NCBI GenBank assembly: GCA_944386685.1
Contig: CALXCA010000001.1
Span: forward strand, 78,105 to 142,104
Source of the DNA: an uncultured Clostridia bacterium
GTDB taxonomy: Bacteria > Bacillota > Clostridia > TANB77 > CAG-508
DNA: 64,000 nucleotides
Direction: 5' to 3'
Shown here: piece by piece, positions 48,883 to 59,376 of the stretch
Layout: every line of letters begins with the position of its first letter
Numbering within the stretch: the stretch's first letter is position 1
Position numbers and translations under genes: made by a program
The notes under the pieces: generated by a model
Seen by the model: the letters and a program-made list of their open reading frames with translations, nothing else
Told to the model about the DNA's origin: nothing
The model's database searches: none

Positions 48883-49602
48883 ATGCAACACATTTTAAGT
48901 AAAATGAGAAAAGCAATTGAAGAATATAATATGATTGAAGATGGAGATAAAATTGCTGTTTGTTTATCTGGTGGTAAAGATTCTATAACAATGTTAAATG
49001 GATTAAAAGCATTGCAACGCTTCTACCCTAAGCATTTCGATTTAATAGCAATAACAATAAATCCTGGTTTTGAAAATTTTGATACAACTATTATTGAAAA
49101 AAATTGTGATGAGGTTGGCATTCCTTTATTTTTAGAAAATAGCCACATTAAAGAAATTGTTTTTGATATTAGAAAAGAAAAAAATCCATGTTCATTATGT
49201 GCAAATTTACGTAGAGGAATTATTAATACTATTGCAATCAGAGAAAACTGTAATAAAATAGCACTTGGTCATAATATGGATGATGTTATAGAAACATTTT
49301 TATTAAATTTAAAATATGCAGGTAATATTTCAACATTTTCTCCAAAAAGTTATATGGATAGAAGTAAAATTACAATGATTAGACCATTAATTTTTTTAAC
49401 AGAAAAAGATACAAATCATTTTGTTAAAAAATATAATAAATCTGTACTTCCAAAAGTATGCCCAATGGATGAAAATACTAAAAGAGAAAAAATTAAAGAA
49501 GAAATTTTTACTTGGCAAAAAGATATCCCTACAATAAAAGCTAATATTTTTGGAGCAATTTCAAGAAATCTTCCAGCCTGGAAAAAAGAAGCGGATAATT
49601 AA
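48883..49602 (+). CDS. PP-loop ATPase, TtcA-like tRNA 2-thiocytidine synthase family
   Basis: VCLSGGKDS PP-loop. CSLC and CP Cys motifs. Confidence 0.75.
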   Translation: MQHILSKMRKAIEEYNMIEDGDKIAVCLSGGKDSITMLNGLKALQRFYPKHFDLIAITINPGFENFDTTIIEKNCDEVGIPLFLENSHIKEIVFDIRKEKNPCSLCANLRRGIINTIAIRENCNKIALGHNMDDVIETFLLNLKYAGNISTFSPKSYMDRSKITMIRPLIFLTEKDTNHFVKKYNKSVLPKVCPMDENTKREKIKEEIFTWQKDIPTIKANIFGAISRNLPAWKKEADN

Positions 49603-49605
49603 GTA

Positions 49606-49644
49606 AAGAATCTAAATTATTAAAGTCTAATAATTTAGATTCTT
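49606..49644. terminator. Hairpin between convergent ttcA-like and pgm genes
   Basis: Perfect 16-bp stem AAGAATCTAAATTATT/AATAATTTAGATTCTT with a 7-nt loop. No strong T-run. Confidence 0.5.
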
Positions 49645-49655
49645 CTTGTAGTTAT

Positions 49656-51386
49656 TTATGCATTTCTTACTAATTTATCCATTTCAATTTTTAAATTATT
49701 TAATTTTTGTGTTGCATCTTCTTCATCTTTGCCTTTTACACCCATATAAAGTTTAATTTTTGGCTCTGTACCAGATGGTCTTACACAACACCATGAATTA
49801 TCTTCTAATTCATAATAAAGAACATTAGATTTTGGCAAATTTGCTTTACTCTCTTTTCCTGTACTCATATTTTTTACATAGTCTTTACTTATATCTTTAA
49901 AAATATTTACTTTATATTCTCCTATTTTTAATATGTCTTTATTTCTCATATTTGTCATCATAGATTTTATTTTCTCTGCACCATCGGCACCTTCTAGTAC
50001 AATTGATATTTGATCTTCTTTATAATAACCATATTTCTCATAAATTTTCATCATTTGGTCCCATAATGTCATCCCTTTAGATTTATAGTATGCTGTTGCT
50101 TCACATAAAGACATTACTGCTGAAATTCCATCTTTATCTCTTGCATAATCACCTATTAAGCATCCATAACTTTCTTCAAAGCCAAATACATATGTTTTAT
50201 CTTTATTTTCTTCTGCTTTTTTTATAACTGCTCCTATATTTTTAAATCCTGTTAAAACTTCTATACACTCTAATCCGTAATAATCAGCTATTGCTTTAGC
50301 TAAATCTGAAGAAACTATTGTAGTAATTAACATTCCATTTTTAGGTAATAATCCTTTTTCTTTCATTTGAGAAATTCTATATTCTGCAATTAAAAGTGCA
50401 GACATATTTCCTGTATAAGTCATATATTCACCTGTTTTTGTGTCTTTTGCATATATCCCTAATCTATCTGCATCAGGATCTGTAGCAAGTACAACATCTG
50501 CATCTACTTTTTTTGCTAATTCTAGTGCTAATTTAAATGCTTTTTTATCTTCAGGGTTAGGGTAATCTACTGTTGGGAAGTTGCCATCTGGTTTTTCTTG
50601 TTCTGGAACAACATACACATTTTCAAATCCCAATTCTTTTAAAAGTCTTGATGCAACAGTATTTCCTGTTCCATGTAATGGTGTATAAACTATTTTTAAT
50701 TTTTTACCTTGTTCTTTTACTATTTCTGGATTTAGTACAAGTTTTTTTAATGTATCTATATATTTGTCATCTATTTCTTTCCCTATAATATTAAATAATC
50801 CTTTTTTAACAGCTTCTTCTTTACTTATTGTTTTTATTTCTTTAAAATCTTTTATAGCTCTTACTTTTTCAATTATTTCTTTGTCTCTAGGTTCTACTAT
50901 TTGTGAGCCATCATCCCAATAAACCTTGTATCCGTTGTACTTTGGTGGATTATGGCTTGCTGTTATCATTATTCCTGATGTACAATGCAATTCTCTAACT
51001 GCAAAAGATAGTTCTGGAACAGGTCTTAAACTTTCAAATAAATATGTTTTTATTCCATTTGCATTTAATATTAACGCTGTTTGTAAACTAAATTCATCAG
51101 ACATTTTTCTTGAATCATAACTTATTGCAACACCTTTTTCTTGTGTTCCTTGTTCTATTATGTAGTTAGCTAATCCTTGTGTTGCTTTTCCAACTGTATA
51201 TTTATTCATTCTGTTTGTTCCCATTCCAATTACACCACGAAGTCCAGCTGTTCCAAATTCAAGTTCTTTATAAAATCTGTCCTTAATTTCTTCTTCATTA
51301 CCTTTTATTCCTAATAATTCTTTTTTTGTTTCTTCATCAAATGCTGGATCTGTACACCATTTTTCATATTCTTCTAAATAATTCAT
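49656..51386 (-). CDS. pgcA: Phosphoglucomutase/phosphomannomutase (PgcA-like)
   Basis: Active-site loop TASHNPPKYNGYK. DPDADR metal loop. Confidence 0.9.
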   Translation of the reverse strand: MNYLEEYEKWCTDPAFDEETKKELLGIKGNEEEIKDRFYKELEFGTAGLRGVIGMGTNRMNKYTVGKATQGLANYIIEQGTQEKGVAISYDSRKMSDEFSLQTALILNANGIKTYLFESLRPVPELSFAVRELHCTSGIMITASHNPPKYNGYKVYWDDGSQIVEPRDKEIIEKVRAIKDFKEIKTISKEEAVKKGLFNIIGKEIDDKYIDTLKKLVLNPEIVKEQGKKLKIVYTPLHGTGNTVASRLLKELGFENVYVVPEQEKPDGNFPTVDYPNPEDKKAFKLALELAKKVDADVVLATDPDADRLGIYAKDTKTGEYMTYTGNMSALLIAEYRISQMKEKGLLPKNGMLITTIVSSDLAKAIADYYGLECIEVLTGFKNIGAVIKKAEENKDKTYVFGFEESYGCLIGDYARDKDGISAVMSLCEATAYYKSKGMTLWDQMMKIYEKYGYYKEDQISIVLEGADGAEKIKSMMTNMRNKDILKIGEYKVNIFKDISKDYVKNMSTGKESKANLPKSNVLYYELEDNSWCCVRPSGTEPKIKLYMGVKGKDEEDATQKLNNLKIEMDKLVRNA

Positions 51387-51487
51387 ATTCTTTTCCTTTC
51401 TAGTTTTGTCATTTATTTTTTACAAAACTCTTTTGTTTTTTAAATTTAAATAGCTACTGATTTTCACCAGTAGCAATATTATATACT

Positions 51488-52741
51488 TTATAATAAATGA
51501 TTGAATTTTCTATATAGTTCTCTTGCTGTTTCTGGACTATCTGTTCCTGTAGCATTTTTTACAGGGGCAAATTCTTCTTCTCTTTTTACTCTCATTATTG
51601 CCATATCATCTAATTCTCCAAAAGCATCAAAAAGAAAAGCTTCAAATTTATATGCATTTGGTCCATCTGGCTCTACCTTTTTTCCATTTTCATCTATATA
51701 TGTTGCTTTTTTAAATGCTGTATGGTATGGTAATGGTTTACTTCCCATTCTTTCTATTGCATCAATATTAAATAAATTACATAAAATATGAGACTCTCCA
51801 TATACAAGTTCACCATTATTATCAACTTGTTCTGCCATTTCTTTTGGTATTTCTGTGTATTCTATAACAGATGGTCTGCCATTCTTTTTACAAAATACTC
51901 CTACCTTTTCTTGAGGATTTGCTTTTACAACTGATTTTCCTGCGGCTGTAACATTTTTATCAATTGCTATACCCATTAATACTGGGTCTACCATTTTTAC
52001 TAAACAATTATCTACTCCACCAATAAATACCCATTCAGCTCCAAGTTCTCTCATCTTTTTTGTCATTCCATTTTTAACTAAGGCTTGATAAATTCCTCCA
52101 TGTCCATTTGCAGCTTCCTTAACTAAGCCATCTTCACCTATTAAGATTTTTCCTTCCATATCCATCATTGGTAATTCTTCTTGTTTAAAGAAGAATAAGT
52201 TTTTATCTTTTTCATATCCAAAGTATCTGTTTTTTGCAAAAAATTCAATTGTGTCATCATTATTCTCTCTACTTGTCATAATAAACCATGGAATTGTAAC
52301 ACCATATTTATGTCCTTGTTCTTTTAATCCATCACTTAATAATTCAAATAATGATTTGTGTGATTCTAATCCAATATCATATGTTCCTTTTGGACCATTA
52401 TGTCCTAATCTTGTCCCTTGTCCACCAGCCATTGTTACTGCTACTAATTTTCTATTTTTTATAGCTTCAACACCAATCGCTTGATATTTTTTATAATTAT
52501 CATATAATTTATCTTTATCTACATAATCTATTGGTTTTATATTAAAATCTTCTACTTTGGTTTCTTTTTTGGTATTTTCATATAGATTTTTCATAAGGTC
52601 AAAATCAATACCTTTTATCTGTTGTATTAATTCTTTTTGGTTTTTTTCATTTAAGTGTTCAAATCCATTTAATAGGTGTTCTTGAGAGTATTTTTTTAGA
52701 GTCCATTTGATTTCATCTAAATTTTCGTCCATAGTTTTCAT
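51488..52741 (-). CDS. UDP-sugar pyrophosphorylase, UDPGP (eukaryotic-type) family
   Basis: MAGGQGTRLG nucleotide-binding loop, NGHGGIY, EKFIFD-like FEAFLFDAF. Confidence 0.8.
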   Translation of the reverse strand: MKTMDENLDEIKWTLKKYSQEHLLNGFEHLNEKNQKELIQQIKGIDFDLMKNLYENTKKETKVEDFNIKPIDYVDKDKLYDNYKKYQAIGVEAIKNRKLVAVTMAGGQGTRLGHNGPKGTYDIGLESHKSLFELLSDGLKEQGHKYGVTIPWFIMTSRENNDDTIEFFAKNRYFGYEKDKNLFFFKQEELPMMDMEGKILIGEDGLVKEAANGHGGIYQALVKNGMTKKMRELGAEWVFIGGVDNCLVKMVDPVLMGIAIDKNVTAAGKSVVKANPQEKVGVFCKKNGRPSVIEYTEIPKEMAEQVDNNGELVYGESHILCNLFNIDAIERMGSKPLPYHTAFKKATYIDENGKKVEPDGPNAYKFEAFLFDAFGELDDMAIMRVKREEEFAPVKNATGTDSPETARELYRKFNHLL

Positions 52742-52833
52742 CCTTTCTTAGTTACATAAGATAAATATACACTATTTGGTCGAAAATATCAATAGTTTAT
52801 AAAAATTTTTTTATTTATTGTAGAATTTTGTCA

Positions 52834-53271
52834 TTAAACTTTAGTAATCCCTAGAGAATTAAGGTTTTTGTCATGTGTTGATACAATTTTTGGAATTTCT
52901 TTTTCAACTTCTTGTAAGTTATAACAATCTATAATTTTTAAATTTTCTATATCCATATCCATTAATTTATTTGTCTTTTGCTCTATAAAATCTTTTGTTC
53001 CTACTAGTATTACATTTGAATTATTTTGAATGTTTTTTATATCTGATGAGTTCCATTTTAAATTTAAAATATTGTTTTTCATATTTTTATCTAAATTTAC
53101 TTTTGAAATAAGTTCATTTATTGATTGATTTAAATTCTTTTCACTAATTATATTAATTGGCTCATTCTCCTGTATTTTTTCATTTAAATATGGCAATAAA
53201 ATCATTTCTAAATGAAAGTCACTTACATAAAAATTACATATTTTTTCTATCTTTTTATTTTCAATAATCAT
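52834..53271 (-). CDS. Hypothetical protein (145 aa)
   Basis: ORF with a plausible RBS (GAAAGGATGG). No domain recognised. Confidence 0.45.
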   Translation of the reverse strand: MIIENKKIEKICNFYVSDFHLEMILLPYLNEKIQENEPINIISEKNLNQSINELISKVNLDKNMKNNILNLKWNSSDIKNIQNNSNVILVGTKDFIEQKTNKLMDMDIENLKIIDCYNLQEVEKEIPKIVSTHDKNLNSLGITKV

Positions 53272-53445
53272 TTTTTTACCATCCTTTCAATTGATGTTTA
53301 TTGATTACTGGTAAATTTTACCATCTTTTAATTTTTTTGTCAATAGTTAATTAATAATTTGTATAAATTATATTTTTTGGGTAAAAATTATTTTAAAGAA
53401 ATTTTTTTACATTTATACTAATCAAAATTTTTACAATTTTATTAT

Positions 53446-53505
53446 GGGTTTATAGGTGGAGCCTTTATAAAAACCTAAATATATGTGTAAGGAATTAAAT
53501 TAATT
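53446..53505 (+). promoter_or_regulatory. Conserved 60-nt leader, copy 2 (upstream of spoIIR)
   Basis: See 43081..43140. TATTAT lies immediately 5' (53440..53445). The hairpin GGTTT..AGG-tggag-CCT..AAACC shows compensatory changes relative to copy 1 (GGG-taaa-TCC). Confidence 0.6.
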
Positions 53506-54150
53506 ATGAAAAAATTTTTTAAAAATAGTTTTCTCATTTTATTTTTGCTTATAGTTTATATATTATTTTCTGCTCAAAGTTATTCATTCGCAATTTCTTC
53601 AGATTTATCTGATGCAGTTTTTAGATTACATGTTATAGCAAATAGTGACTCTAAAGAAGATCAAGACTTAAAACTAAAAGTTAGAGATAATTTACTTAAC
53701 TATATGAATAATATTTGTTCTAATTGTGAGACAAAAGAAGAAGCTATGAAAATTGCAAACAAAAATAAAGAAATATTTCAAAAAATTGCAGAAGACACAA
53801 TTAAAGAAAACGGTTTTAATTATTCAGTAAAAGTTAATATAAATAATTTTTATTTTCCAACAAAAACTTATGGAGACATCTCTTTACCTGCTGGTTATTA
53901 TGATGCTTTAAGAGTAGAAATTGGTGAGGCAAAAGGTCAAAATTGGTGGTGTGTTATGTTTCCATCTCTATGTTTTATTGATATAAGTTCTGGAGTAATT
54001 GATAAAAGCGGAAAAGAAAAATTAGAAAGCAATGTAGATGAAGAATCTTATAAAGTAATTTCCCAAAGTGAAAATAATTCTAGTATAAAATTCAAATTTA
54101 AAATTATAGAATTTTTTGCACAATACGGACTATTCACTGCAAAAAATTAA
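53506..54150 (+). CDS. spoIIR: Stage II sporulation protein R
   Basis: Signal/TM, then FRLHVIANSDSKEDQDLKLKVRD and NWWCVMFPSLCF motifs. Confidence 0.9.
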   Translation: MKKFFKNSFLILFLLIVYILFSAQSYSFAISSDLSDAVFRLHVIANSDSKEDQDLKLKVRDNLLNYMNNICSNCETKEEAMKIANKNKEIFQKIAEDTIKENGFNYSVKVNINNFYFPTKTYGDISLPAGYYDALRVEIGEAKGQNWWCVMFPSLCFIDISSGVIDKSGKEKLESNVDEESYKVISQSENNSSIKFKFKIIEFFAQYGLFTAKN

Positions 54151-54224
54151 AAAACTATTGTAATATTTACTATTTTATGTTATATTTTATTTGATATTTA
54201 TACACATTATGGGGGTGAATACAT

Positions 54225-55484
54225 TTGGAAAAACTAGTAATAACAGGACAAACTCGCTTAAAAGGTGAAGTTTCTATTAGTGGTGCCAAAAACGCTGCTG
54301 TTGCCATTTTACCTGCAACACTTTTAATTGATGGTATATGCACTATAGAAAATCTTCCAAATATAAGTGATGTTAAAATGTCTTGTAAAATATTAGAAAG
54401 TTTAGGTGCAAAAATAACTTGGAATAATGCAAATGAAATAACTATTGATACTAGAAATATAGAAAAAACAGTCGCTTCAGAGGAATTAACAAGAAAATTT
54501 AGAGCATCTTATTACATTATAGGTAGCATGCTTGGTCGTAAAGGAAACATAACTGTTGGAATGCCAGGTGGATGTAAATTAGGTGCTAGACCAATTGACC
54601 AACATATAAAAGGATTTGAAGCATTAGGAGCAAAAGTAGATACAGCTCAAGGGAAAATTACAGCAAAAGCTTCTAAATTAGTTGGAACTTCTATTTATAT
54701 GGATGTTGTATCTGTTGGAGCAACTATTAATGTTATGCTTGCTGCAGTTCTTGCTGAAGGAACAACTATTATTGATAATGCTGCTAAAGAGCCACATATT
54801 GTTGATGTTGCAAACTTTTTAAATACAATGGGTGCAGATATTCGTGGTGCAGGAACAGATGTTATAAAAATAAACGGTGTTAAAAAATTAACTGGAAATA
54901 GCACATATTCTGTTGTTCCAGATCAAATAGAAGCTGGCACTTTTATGTTAGCAGCTGTTGCAACAAGGGGTAATATTTTAATTAAAAATTGTATTACAAA
55001 ACACTTAGAATCTGTAACTGCAAAAATTACAGAAATTGGTGGACAAGTTGAAGATTATGGTGATAGTATTAGAGTAATTTGTAATAAACGTCCATCTAAA
55101 GCTATTATAAAAACATTACCATATCCAGGCTTCCCTACAGATTTACAACCACAAATGGGAGTAGTTCTTTCTATTGCTGATGGAACAAGCAGAATTATAG
55201 AAAGCATATGGGAATCTAGATTTCAATATACTGATGAACTAAACAAAATGGGTGCTAATATTACTGCACAAGGTAAGTCTGCATTTTTTGAAGGAGTTGA
55301 CAAATTATATGGTGCTCCTGTATATTGTACAGATTTACGAGCTGGTGCAGCACTAATAATTGCTGGAATTACTGCAAAAGGCAAAACAGAAGTTTATAAT
55401 TTAGAACATATTGATAGAGGATATGAAAATATCGAAGAAAAATTTAGAAATCTTGGAGCACAAATAGAAAGAGTTTCTGAATAG
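54225..55484 (+). CDS. murA: UDP-N-acetylglucosamine 1-carboxyvinyltransferase
   Basis: TTG start after GGGGGTGA. KNAAVAILPATLL, catalytic GGCKLGARPID, PGFPTDLQ. Confidence 0.95.
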   Translation: MEKLVITGQTRLKGEVSISGAKNAAVAILPATLLIDGICTIENLPNISDVKMSCKILESLGAKITWNNANEITIDTRNIEKTVASEELTRKFRASYYIIGSMLGRKGNITVGMPGGCKLGARPIDQHIKGFEALGAKVDTAQGKITAKASKLVGTSIYMDVVSVGATINVMLAAVLAEGTTIIDNAAKEPHIVDVANFLNTMGADIRGAGTDVIKINGVKKLTGNSTYSVVPDQIEAGTFMLAAVATRGNILIKNCITKHLESVTAKITEIGGQVEDYGDSIRVICNKRPSKAIIKTLPYPGFPTDLQPQMGVVLSIADGTSRIIESIWESRFQYTDELNKMGANITAQGKSAFFEGVDKLYGAPVYCTDLRAGAALIIAGITAKGKTEVYNLEHIDRGYENIEEKFRNLGAQIERVSE

Positions 55485-55519
55485 TAATATACACAAAAAT
55501 AAAAGAAAGAAGAATACAT

Positions 55520-56311
55520 ATGTTAAATTTTTGTAGTTTATATAGTGGCAGTAGTGGCAATAGTATGTTCGTTGAAAGCGAAAATACCAAATTACTTATT
55601 GATGTTGGAATGAGCTGCAAAAAAATAGAAGAAGCTTTACAATCAATTGATAAAAATATAAATACAATTGATGCAATTCTTATTACTCATGAACATTCTG
55701 ATCATATAAAAGGTTTGTCTACAATATCAAAAAAATATAATATACCTGTTTATACAACAAAAAAAACTTTTGATGCAATGCCTGAGCAAACAGAAGAATT
55801 AATAAATAAAAATTGTTATTTTTTTAATACAAATGATTCTTTTGACATAAAAGACATAAAAATAAAACCCTTTTCAATTCCTCATGATGCTGCTGACCCT
55901 TGTGGTTTCAATATTTGTAATAAAACTCATAAAATCAGTATTGCAACAGATATTGGACACATGACCAAAGATATAGTAAATAATCTTGAAGGAAGTGAAT
56001 TAATTTTATTAGAATCAAATTATGATGTAGAAGTTTTAAAGTGTTGTAAATATCCATTTAATTTAAAAGCACGTATTGCTGGAAGTAATGGACATTTATC
56101 TAATACAATTGCAGGAAAAACAATTTCTTATTTATTAAAAAATAGTAATTTACATACTGCTATTTTAGGACATTTAAGCAAAGAAAGTAATTTTCCAGAA
56201 CTTGCTTATCAAACAACTGTTGATGAGCTTATTAGTACAGGTTGCAATACAGATAATATTAATTTATCCGTTGCTAACAGGGATTTTCCTGGAAATTATA
56301 TTACTTTGTAA
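55520..56311 (+). CDS. MBL-fold metallo-hydrolase (YycJ-like)
   Basis: THEHSDHIKG motif. Confidence 0.8.
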   Translation: MLNFCSLYSGSSGNSMFVESENTKLLIDVGMSCKKIEEALQSIDKNINTIDAILITHEHSDHIKGLSTISKKYNIPVYTTKKTFDAMPEQTEELINKNCYFFNTNDSFDIKDIKIKPFSIPHDAADPCGFNICNKTHKISIATDIGHMTKDIVNNLEGSELILLESNYDVEVLKCCKYPFNLKARIAGSNGHLSNTIAGKTISYLLKNSNLHTAILGHLSKESNFPELAYQTTVDELISTGCNTDNINLSVANRDFPGNYITL

Positions 56312-56789
56312 AAATATATAATAAAAATTAATTTGTTTATTAAATTTTTAATTTTTTAAATTAAAAAATTAAAATTATTATTTTAGATCATTAATTTATA
56401 GTAAATGATAATTATTTATTTTTTGTATTTTTTAATACTTAATTTATAAAAGACATAGGTTTTAGATTTTTAATATTCCTATGTCTTTTAATTATATATA
56501 TAATTGTAAAGAGAATATATAGGAACAATTAATAATAATTAATCTTCTTTAATAATTAAATAGGGGCCTATTATTGAAGAAAAAAATTTTTGACTTAAAT
56601 AAGGAATCTTTTATTTTTATTAATCATTGATTTATGGGGGAAATTTATATATTCCCTTTACAAACTAAATAACTTGAATAAATTTAAAAAACTTTTTTTA
56701 TTATTTAGCTATATATTAACTCATAATTCTATGTTTGTCAACAAAAATCGTTCGACACAATTCGACAATTTGCATCACTATATGAAATA

Positions 56790-57329
56790 TTAGTTAAATA
56801 AAATATTACATATAATAATGGATACAATAATCCCTGTAAGATCTGCTAATAATGCAGGAATTATAATTTTCCTTGTATTCTTAATTTTTATACTACTGCA
56901 ATACACTGCAATTGTATATAAAGTTGTTTCTGTAGAACCCATTATAACAGAAGCAATTAAACCTATATTAGAATCAACACCATTATTTTTTATAATATCT
57001 GTAGCAAGAGCTAATGACGCACTACCAGATATAGGTCTTAATAAAGCAAGAGGCAATATTTCTTTTGGGAAATTAAAAAAGCTTAAAATTGGTTCAATTA
57101 GTTTTGTAATAAAATTTATAATTCCAGAATTATTTAATAAACCTATGGCAAAAAACAGTCCTATTAATGTTGGAAATATAGTAATTGTTATTTCTAAACC
57201 TTTTTTAGCTCCAACTAAAAATAAGTCAAAAACATTTTTCTTTTCTTTAAAACCAAATAAAATAATTAAAAGTATTACTAATGGCATTGCCAATATTGAA
57301 ATATAATTTATTAGTTTTATATTAATCAC
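56790..57329 (-). CDS. spmB: Spore maturation protein B
   Basis: Polytopic nucleoside-recognition (Gate) type membrane protein directly after spmA. Confidence 0.75.
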   Translation of the reverse strand: MINIKLINYISILAMPLVILLIILFGFKEKKNVFDLFLVGAKKGLEITITIFPTLIGLFFAIGLLNNSGIINFITKLIEPILSFFNFPKEILPLALLRPISGSASLALATDIIKNNGVDSNIGLIASVIMGSTETTLYTIAVYCSSIKIKNTRKIIIPALLADLTGIIVSIIICNILFN

Positions 57330-57337
57330 ACTCTTTC

Positions 57338-57919
57338 TTAATTTTTATCTACCTTTATAAGCAATTTTGTCATTACAATTCCCACAACTCCTGCACAAAT
57401 TGTGGAAATCCATACAGGGAAAATTATTTTAGTTGGATTCTCAGAGTTTAAAGCTGTTCTTATTGCAATAACTGTTGTAGGAATAATTTGCAATGAAGCT
57501 GTATTTAATATAATAAGCATCATCATATTATCACTTAATTTTTCTTTTTCTATATTTTCTTTTTGTAATTCTTTCATTGCTTCCAAGCCAAGTGGAGTTG
57601 CAGCATTTCCAAGCCCTAATATATTTGCTATAATATTCATAATAATTTTCTTTTCTGCATTTTCATTTTTATTAATATTCTGAAAAAATTTATTTATAAT
57701 TACTTTTAATAGGCTACTTAAAATATTTACAATTTTTGTATTAGATGCAATTTCCATTATTCCACTCCATAAACAAGTACTTCCTATTAATGTAAGTGTT
57801 AATGTTACAGCACTTTCTGTTGACGCTGTTATCGCTTTATTTAAATCTTCTAAATTTCCATTTACTATTGAAAAAGAAATTGATAAAATAATAAATATTG
57901 GCCATAATATATTTAACAT
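57338..57919 (-). CDS. spmA: Spore maturation protein A
   Basis: MLNILWPIFIILS... Gate-domain membrane protein. Forms the spmA-spmB pair. Confidence 0.75.
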   Translation of the reverse strand: MLNILWPIFIILSISFSIVNGNLEDLNKAITASTESAVTLTLTLIGSTCLWSGIMEIASNTKIVNILSSLLKVIINKFFQNINKNENAEKKIIMNIIANILGLGNAATPLGLEAMKELQKENIEKEKLSDNMMMLIILNTASLQIIPTTVIAIRTALNSENPTKIIFPVWISTICAGVVGIVMTKLLIKVDKN

Positions 57920-58043
57920 ATTTTTCCTTTCATATTTAATAATAATTATTATAGAAAAAAATAAATAGTACTTAAAATTAGTCTATATTTATGTTTTAGG
58001 TTTAAAAAATTTGTAAAAATATAACAAATTTTCAAAAAAATAA

Positions 58044-58072
58044 TTGACGTTATTCAAAATTTATGATATTAT
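58044..58072 (+). promoter_or_regulatory. Sigma-A promoter of abrB
   Basis: TTGACG (58044..58049), 17 bp, TATTAT (58067..58072). RBS AAGGAGGG before the ATG at 58111. Confidence 0.65.
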
Positions 58073-58110
58073 ATACATGAATTGAAAAAAATGTTTAAGG
58101 AGGGCAAATT

Positions 58111-58377
58111 ATGAAGTCAACTGGTATTGTTAGAAAAGTAGATGAATTAGGAAGAATAGTTATTCCAAGAGAAATTAGAAATAAATTTGAAATTGCCGAA
58201 AAAGATCCTTTAGAAATATATGTAGATGGAACTTCTATTATATTAAAAAAATATGAACCAAATTGTATTTTCTGTGGTAATTCAAAAAATCTAGTTACTT
58301 TTAAGGATAGATTATTATGTCCAAAATGTGTAGAAAAAATTACTACACTAGAAGCTACACTAAAAGAAGTAGAATAA
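58111..58377 (+). CDS. abrB: Transition-state regulator AbrB (clostridial type with a C-terminal Cys4 motif)
   Basis: MKSTGIVRKVDELGRIVIPREIR (SpoVT/AbrB swapped hairpin). CIFCG...CPKC. Confidence 0.9.
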   Translation: MKSTGIVRKVDELGRIVIPREIRNKFEIAEKDPLEIYVDGTSIILKKYEPNCIFCGNSKNLVTFKDRLLCPKCVEKITTLEATLKEVE

Positions 58378-58394
58378 AATTCTACTTCTTTTTT
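58364..58394 (+). terminator. abrB rho-independent terminator
   Basis: Perfect 12-bp stem AAGAAGTAGAAT/ATTCTACTTCTT with a 3-nt loop, then a TTTT tail. Confidence 0.8.
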
Positions 58395-58395
58395 C

Positions 58396-58483
58396 TTGAA
58401 TAGGAAACAATATTAAACTTTAGATTTCACAACTCAAAATGAAAATAAAATTTTAAATATAAAAATTTTATTTTCAAAAGAAA
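58396..58483. repeat. Intergenic nested-palindrome element, copy B
   Basis: ttgaataggaaacaatattaaactttag...gaaaataaaattttaaatataaaaattttattttcaaaagaaa. Inner perfect 14-bp inverted repeat GAAAATAAAATTTT/AAAATTTTATTTTC. Lies between convergent abrB and rsmI. Confidence 0.7.
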
Positions 58484-58489
58484 CAATAT

Positions 58490-59317
58490 TTATTTGTCTA
58501 GAAAATTCATATAAACTTCATTTTTATTTAAATTTCTATCTTTTGCAATTTTTTTTATAATTTCTTTTTTAGTTAATCCAATATTTTTATAATATTCATA
58601 ATGTTCTTCTAATGTTAATTTATTTAAAAATTTTTCTTCTTCTTTTTTATCTAAATTTCTTTCAATTATTAATATCATTTCACCTTTAATATTTTCAATA
58701 TTTTCTATTAATTCGTTAATATCTTTTCTAATAAATTCTTCGTGTATTTTCGTTATTTCTCTTGCTAAAACTATGCGTCTATTATTTAATATTTGTTTTA
58801 AGTCTTTAAGTGTTTGCTCCATTTTGTGTGGTGCTTCATATAAAATAATTGTTTTATCAGAGTTTTCTATTTCATTTAATTTTTGTAATCTTAATTTTTT
58901 ATTTAAAGGTAAAAATCCCAAAAAAATAAATTCTTTTGTATCAATACCAGATGCAACTAATGCGTTTATCATTGCACAGGCACCTGGAATAGGAATTACT
59001 TCTATTTTATTCTCAATGGCTTTTCTTATAATTTCCTCTCCAGGGTCACATATTCCTGGTGTTCCAGCATCAGAAACTAATGCTATATTATTACCTTGTT
59101 TTAATTTTTCTATTAAAACATCACTTTTTACATCTTCATTATGTCTATGATAACTTATTAATGGTTTATGAATATCATAATAATTTAATAATTTTAATGT
59201 TTGTCTTGTATCTTCTGCTGCAATTAAATCAATTTCCTTTAATATTTTTAATGCTCTTAATGTTATATCCTCTAAATTTCCAATTGGTGTTGCAACTATA
59301 TATAATTTTCCTAACAT
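58490..59317 (-). CDS. rsmI: 16S rRNA (cytidine1402-2'-O)-methyltransferase
   Basis: LYIVATPIGNLEDITLRALKILKEIDLIAAEDTR. DAGTPGICDPG. Confidence 0.9.
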   Translation of the reverse strand: MLGKLYIVATPIGNLEDITLRALKILKEIDLIAAEDTRQTLKLLNYYDIHKPLISYHRHNEDVKSDVLIEKLKQGNNIALVSDAGTPGICDPGEEIIRKAIENKIEVIPIPGACAMINALVASGIDTKEFIFLGFLPLNKKLRLQKLNEIENSDKTIILYEAPHKMEQTLKDLKQILNNRRIVLAREITKIHEEFIRKDINELIENIENIKGEMILIIERNLDKKEEEKFLNKLTLEEHYEYYKNIGLTKKEIIKKIAKDRNLNKNEVYMNFLDK

Positions 59318-59376
59318 ATTATCATTCCTTTCATATATATATTATCATAATTTATAAAAAATTTAAATATGTACTT

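Noticed and set aside
56737-56775. Motif GTCAACA(n)TTCGAC seen in both adhesin upstream blocks (2641, 11433) and again at 56740 (tgtcaacaaaaatcgttcgacacaattcgacaa), considered as a possible shared operator.
   Set aside because: The shared part is only two hexamers with different spacing, and the third site is downstream of spmB rather than at a promoter. This is too weak without a genome-wide motif enrichment test.
56312-56789. A 478-bp gene-free region containing an A/T palindrome (TTTTAATTTTTTAA-a-TTAAAAAATTAAAA, ~56348..56376), a hairpin AAAAGACATAGG/CCTATGTCTTTT (~56448..56490) and a tiny ORF MGEIYIFPLQTK.
   Set aside because: The hairpins are adequately explained as terminators of the convergent MBL-hydrolase and spmB genes. 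The 12-codon ORF has no convincing RBS. No RNA family was recognised.
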